A stretch of DNA of 61,408 nt, counting the filler, from Stramenopiles sp. TOSAG23-3 (taxonomy: Eukaryota): assembly GCA_900128585.1 (NCBI GenBank). It is 20 parts of 20 records of this genome, joined end to end, with 100 filler letters (N's around TTAATTAATTAA, not from the genome) between each part and the next. Parts side by side here need not be neighbours in the genome. Positions count along the whole stretch, not along the records: positions 58,452 to 61,408 come from LT644499.1; 19 more parts are not named here. One strand, 5' to 3'. Positions within the stretch are counted from its first letter, which is position 1. Each line of letters opens with the position of its first letter. Of the stretch, positions 61,364 to 61,408 are shown piece by piece. A program made the translations under genes and the position numbers. The notes under the pieces are model-generated. The model was not told the DNA's origin. It worked only from the letters and a program-made list of their open reading frames with translations, and searched no databases.

Positions 61364-61408
61364 GATTGGTCTTAAAAGTACACAGCGGCATAAATGTTTT
61401 AAAGGGGC

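Overview
This window is not a contiguous locus. It holds 20 unrelated ~3 kb eukaryotic contigs, sorted by decreasing length (2990 to 2957 bp) and joined by an artificial 100-bp spacer (N44-TTAATTAATTAA-N44), so gene neighbourhood means something only inside a contig. The genes are nuclear, intron-poor and use the standard code, separated by AT-rich, microsatellite-rich spacers. A BBS5 fragment implies a flagellated protist; the overall style suggests a stramenopile-like single-cell or metagenome assembly, which is inference. Recognisable genes: TOR, CEBPZ/Mak21, RPC5, GatA, TBCK, TTC1, capping protein alpha, TMEM184, GNPTG-like, kinesin, serine carboxypeptidase, RCC1-BTB, RING-H2, 3R-MYB and HSF. 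Best leads: an HSF fused to a CRAL-TRIO/Sec14-like domain, an NPPY amino-methyltransferase, a divergent Hrq1/MrfA-like helicase, a secreted AKR lacking the canonical catalytic tetrad, a sulfotransferase-like/2OG-Fe(II) oxygenase fusion, an Hv1-like degenerate voltage sensor, and a recurrent motif found only downstream of genes. Several contigs carry 72-79 bp inverted or foreign ends that point to amplification or assembly chimeras, so fusions need read-level checks. No rRNA, tRNA, CRISPR array or intact transposon was recognised. All family calls come from motif recognition by eye, not from database searches.
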